This document shows positions 55,184 through 57,249 of a stretch of DNA of 57,249 nucleotides, one piece after another. Position 1 is the stretch's first letter; each line of letters opens with the position of its first letter. The notes under the pieces were generated by a model. That model did not search any database. It saw nothing but the letters and a program-made list of their open reading frames with translations, and had not been told where the DNA came from. This stretch comes from a virus (taxonomy: Duplodnaviria > Caudoviricetes), in the IMG/VR virus record IMGVR_UViG_3300022876_000186, positions 1 through 57,249 of that record, one strand, 5' to 3'. A program made the translations under genes and the position numbers.

Positions 55184-55681
55184 ATGTCCGCAACAGAACG
55201 ATTCCACCACACCGTGAACGACTGCCTGGAGCGCCTGGCGGCCGATCTCTGGCCGGAAGCCAAGCTGGCTCTAGTCATCTACACCCCTGAAAAGCCTGAG
55301 CTCGACATCGTGCTCAAGGACAGCGGCCTCAACGTCGACGAGGTCGTGAGCACCCTGCGCCGTCGCGGTGGCCTGGGCCTGGATGGCGAGAACATCTACA
55401 AGCGCCTGCTCTGCGACGCGATCATCGGGGCCATGGCTTGCGGCAAGCAAAACAGCAACCCGCCGCCTGCTGATCACTGGGGTCAGGAGTTTTGGAATAT
55501 CGGCCGGGCCGAGGGAGCGATGCAGGAAGAACTGGTTCAGGCCCTCCGCCTGGCTCGCAAAGAACTGGACGCCTGCCAACGGGTGATCCACTACGCCGGC
55601 GGCTTCGATCCAGCTTACGTCGACGATGCCCAGGCGGCGCTCAAGGTCGCCGACGCGGTGCTCGAGAAAATCCCCGCCTGA
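55184..55681 (+). CDS. Hypothetical protein
   Basis: GAGGA RBS; in-operon ORF. Confidence 0.7.
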   Translation: MSATERFHHTVNDCLERLAADLWPEAKLALVIYTPEKPELDIVLKDSGLNVDEVVSTLRRRGGLGLDGENIYKRLLCDAIIGAMACGKQNSNPPPADHWGQEFWNIGRAEGAMQEELVQALRLARKELDACQRVIHYAGGFDPAYVDDAQAALKVADAVLEKIPA

Positions 55682-55718
55682 CCACCAACCTGCCGCCACC
55701 GGCGGCGTGGAGAAACGC

Positions 55719-55895
55719 ATGAACCTGATCGACTGCTACGTCACGAAGATCCTCGGCGAGCCGTATCGCAAGTTCGGCGCCTGGTGGGTCGACGTCGAAT
55801 ACAACAGCTGGGGCAGCACCAGCACAACACGGCTCATGTTCCGCACCGAGGAAGCCGCCCGGGCGGCGCAGGTCGGGCACCACTTCTTGGCCTGA
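55719..55895 (+). CDS. Hypothetical protein (58 aa)
   Basis: GGAG RBS; MNLIDCYVTKILGEPY. Confidence 0.7.
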   Translation: MNLIDCYVTKILGEPYRKFGAWWVDVEYNSWGSTSTTRLMFRTEEAARAAQVGHHFLA

Positions 55896-55906
55896 GGAGG
55901 CCCATC

Positions 55907-56185
55907 ATGGTCCGATACAAGACCGTGGAACAGTTCTCTCGCGAATCTGGGTACACACCAGACGCCATAAGGACCAAAATCCGCGACGGCAAATGGCCAA
56001 AACACATGGTTTGGCGCAAGGCGCCAGACGGAAGAATCCTAATTGACGTTGAGGGGTATTACTCATGGGTAGAGATGGGGGAGGCGTCAGGCCCGCGTCT
56101 TCAAGTAGTATCGAAATCACATTCCAATACCAGGGCGTCCGGTGCCGGGAGCGGGTCCAGCTCAAGCCCACCGCCGCTAACCTGA
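55907..56185 (+). CDS. xis: Excisionase
   Basis: wHTH-like GYTPDAIRTKIRDG.W....RKAPDGRILID; overlaps int. Confidence 0.85.
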   Translation: MVRYKTVEQFSRESGYTPDAIRTKIRDGKWPKHMVWRKAPDGRILIDVEGYYSWVEMGEASGPRLQVVSKSHSNTRASGAGSGSSSSPPPLT

Positions 56186-57249
56186 AAAAGGCGGAGCAGC
56201 ACAAGTCGGCAATCGAGTACGCCATATCAAATGGAACATTCGATTACGCCGCCACATTCCCGCGATCAAAGCGCGCCGCCCAGTTTGCCAGAGCCAGCTC
56301 AAACCAGAATATCGGCGTCTACCTGGACGAATGGCTGGAGCGGAAAACGAAGACCTTCAAATCGAGCACCACGGCCCTATACCGGTCAATCATCAGATCG
56401 ATACTCAAGCCAATGTTTGGGGATCTGTCGCTCGGAGAGCTCAACAAGAAGGTAATCAAGGATCAGTTGTCCGATTACCAGGTTTCGAACAGTAGGCTGA
56501 CCACAGTTCAGACCTGCTTTCGGTCGGCGCTCAATGACGCAGTAGAGGACGAAATCATTGAGAGCAACCCGCTTTCGGGATGGGCATACAAGAATCGGGA
56601 GGAGATCAAGGAGGAGGATGACGTAGACCCGTTCACCCGGGAGGAGCAGGAGGCGCTGCTCAGGGCGGCGCGGGGGGAGACGTGGGCTCAGCTGCAGTTC
56701 GCGTTCTGGACGGGCCTTCGTCCTAGTGAGCTAATCGCGCTGGAGTGGGGGGATATTGATTGGATCGCTGGGGAAATCCGAATAGTTCGGGCCAAGACCA
56801 GGGCGGCCAAGGTTCCCGAGTCGACCAAAACCGCATCTAGCAGGAGAACGGTTAAGCTGCTTGGCCCTGCAAGAGAGGCACTGCTCAAGCAAAAGGAACT
56901 GACCTTTCTGGCCGGAAAGCATGTGTTCCTGAACACCATCACTGGCGAACCATGGCGACATGCCGGCTACATCTACCGAGTGATTTGGGTTCCCGCAATG
57001 AAAAAAGCGGGCGTACGGTGGCGGCGCCCTTACCAGAGCCGACACACATACGCCTCGATGATGCTCAGCGCTGGCGAAAATCCGATGTGGGTTGCTCAGC
57101 AAATGGGTCACAAAGACTGGACCATGATCGCCAAGGTTTATGGTCGCTGGATGCCCTCTGCCGACGTGGGAGCCGGAGGGCGCGCAGAGGCTCTTTTTGC
57201 AAGTAATGCCAGCGTTATGACAACATCACCTCTAGACCCCGCGTTGTAA
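56065..57249 (+). CDS. int: Tyrosine integrase with N-terminal arm-binding domain
   Basis: TGLRPSEL, YQSRHTYAS, MGH and catalytic Y (VYG). Confidence 0.96.
   Translation: MGRDGGGVRPASSSSIEITFQYQGVRCRERVQLKPTAANLKKAEQHKSAIEYAISNGTFDYAATFPRSKRAAQFARASSNQNIGVYLDEWLERKTKTFKSSTTALYRSIIRSILKPMFGDLSLGELNKKVIKDQLSDYQVSNSRLTTVQTCFRSALNDAVEDEIIESNPLSGWAYKNREEIKEEDDVDPFTREEQEALLRAARGETWAQLQFAFWTGLRPSELIALEWGDIDWIAGEIRIVRAKTRAAKVPESTKTASSRRTVKLLGPAREALLKQKELTFLAGKHVFLNTITGEPWRHAGYIYRVIWVPAMKKAGVRWRRPYQSRHTYASMMLSAGENPMWVAQQMGHKDWTMIAKVYGRWMPSADVGAGGRAEALFASNASVMTTSPLDPAL
57204..57224 (+). repeat. 21-bp direct repeat, right copy
   Basis: Matches 217-237 with 1 mismatch; lies within the int 3' end. Confidence 0.75.

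Larger units (their letters stand above)
217..57249. mobile_element. Lambdoid siphovirus-like prophage, probably tail-defective
   Basis: Integrase/xis, cI/cro switch, replication, Q, terminase, portal, capsid, tail and lysis genes in lambdoid order; exact boundaries uncertain. Confidence 0.95.

Overview
Almost the whole window is one lambdoid, siphovirus-type prophage in a GC-rich host (Pseudomonas putida-group-like; inferred from gene content and codon style). It begins just upstream of a host LysR-type regulator (left edge) and ends with a tyrosine integrase (right edge). The minus strand carries cro, a cII-position gene, a Rha-antirepressor, O/DnaC replication genes, nin genes, a Q-like gene and the late operon (com, lectin-like bacteriocin, holin, an Acb2-like anti-CBASS gene, terminase, head, tail, endolysin, spanins). 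The plus strand carries cI with downstream cargo and the pL operon (recombination genes, GIY-YIG nuclease, cytosine methyltransferase, Lar-like, NinX-like, xis, int). Notable points: (1) the tail module has an internal deletion fusing the tape measure gene to the NlpC/P60 half of tail protein K, so the phage is probably tail-defective, yet it keeps its lysis genes and a Com-preceded LlpA bacteriocin in the late transcript; (2) a low-GC GHKL-ATPase plus PD-(D/E)xK nuclease gene, a candidate defence gene, sits in the rexAB-equivalent position; (3) the noncoding DNA is rich in structure, including a ~115-bp promoter/hairpin module repeated in front of two unrelated cargo genes, tRNA-like and kissing-loop folds in the pL leader, antisense RNA candidates, LexA boxes, and repeat-bounded insertion slots for antisense cargo genes. 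All calls are by eye from motifs and synteny; no database search was run.
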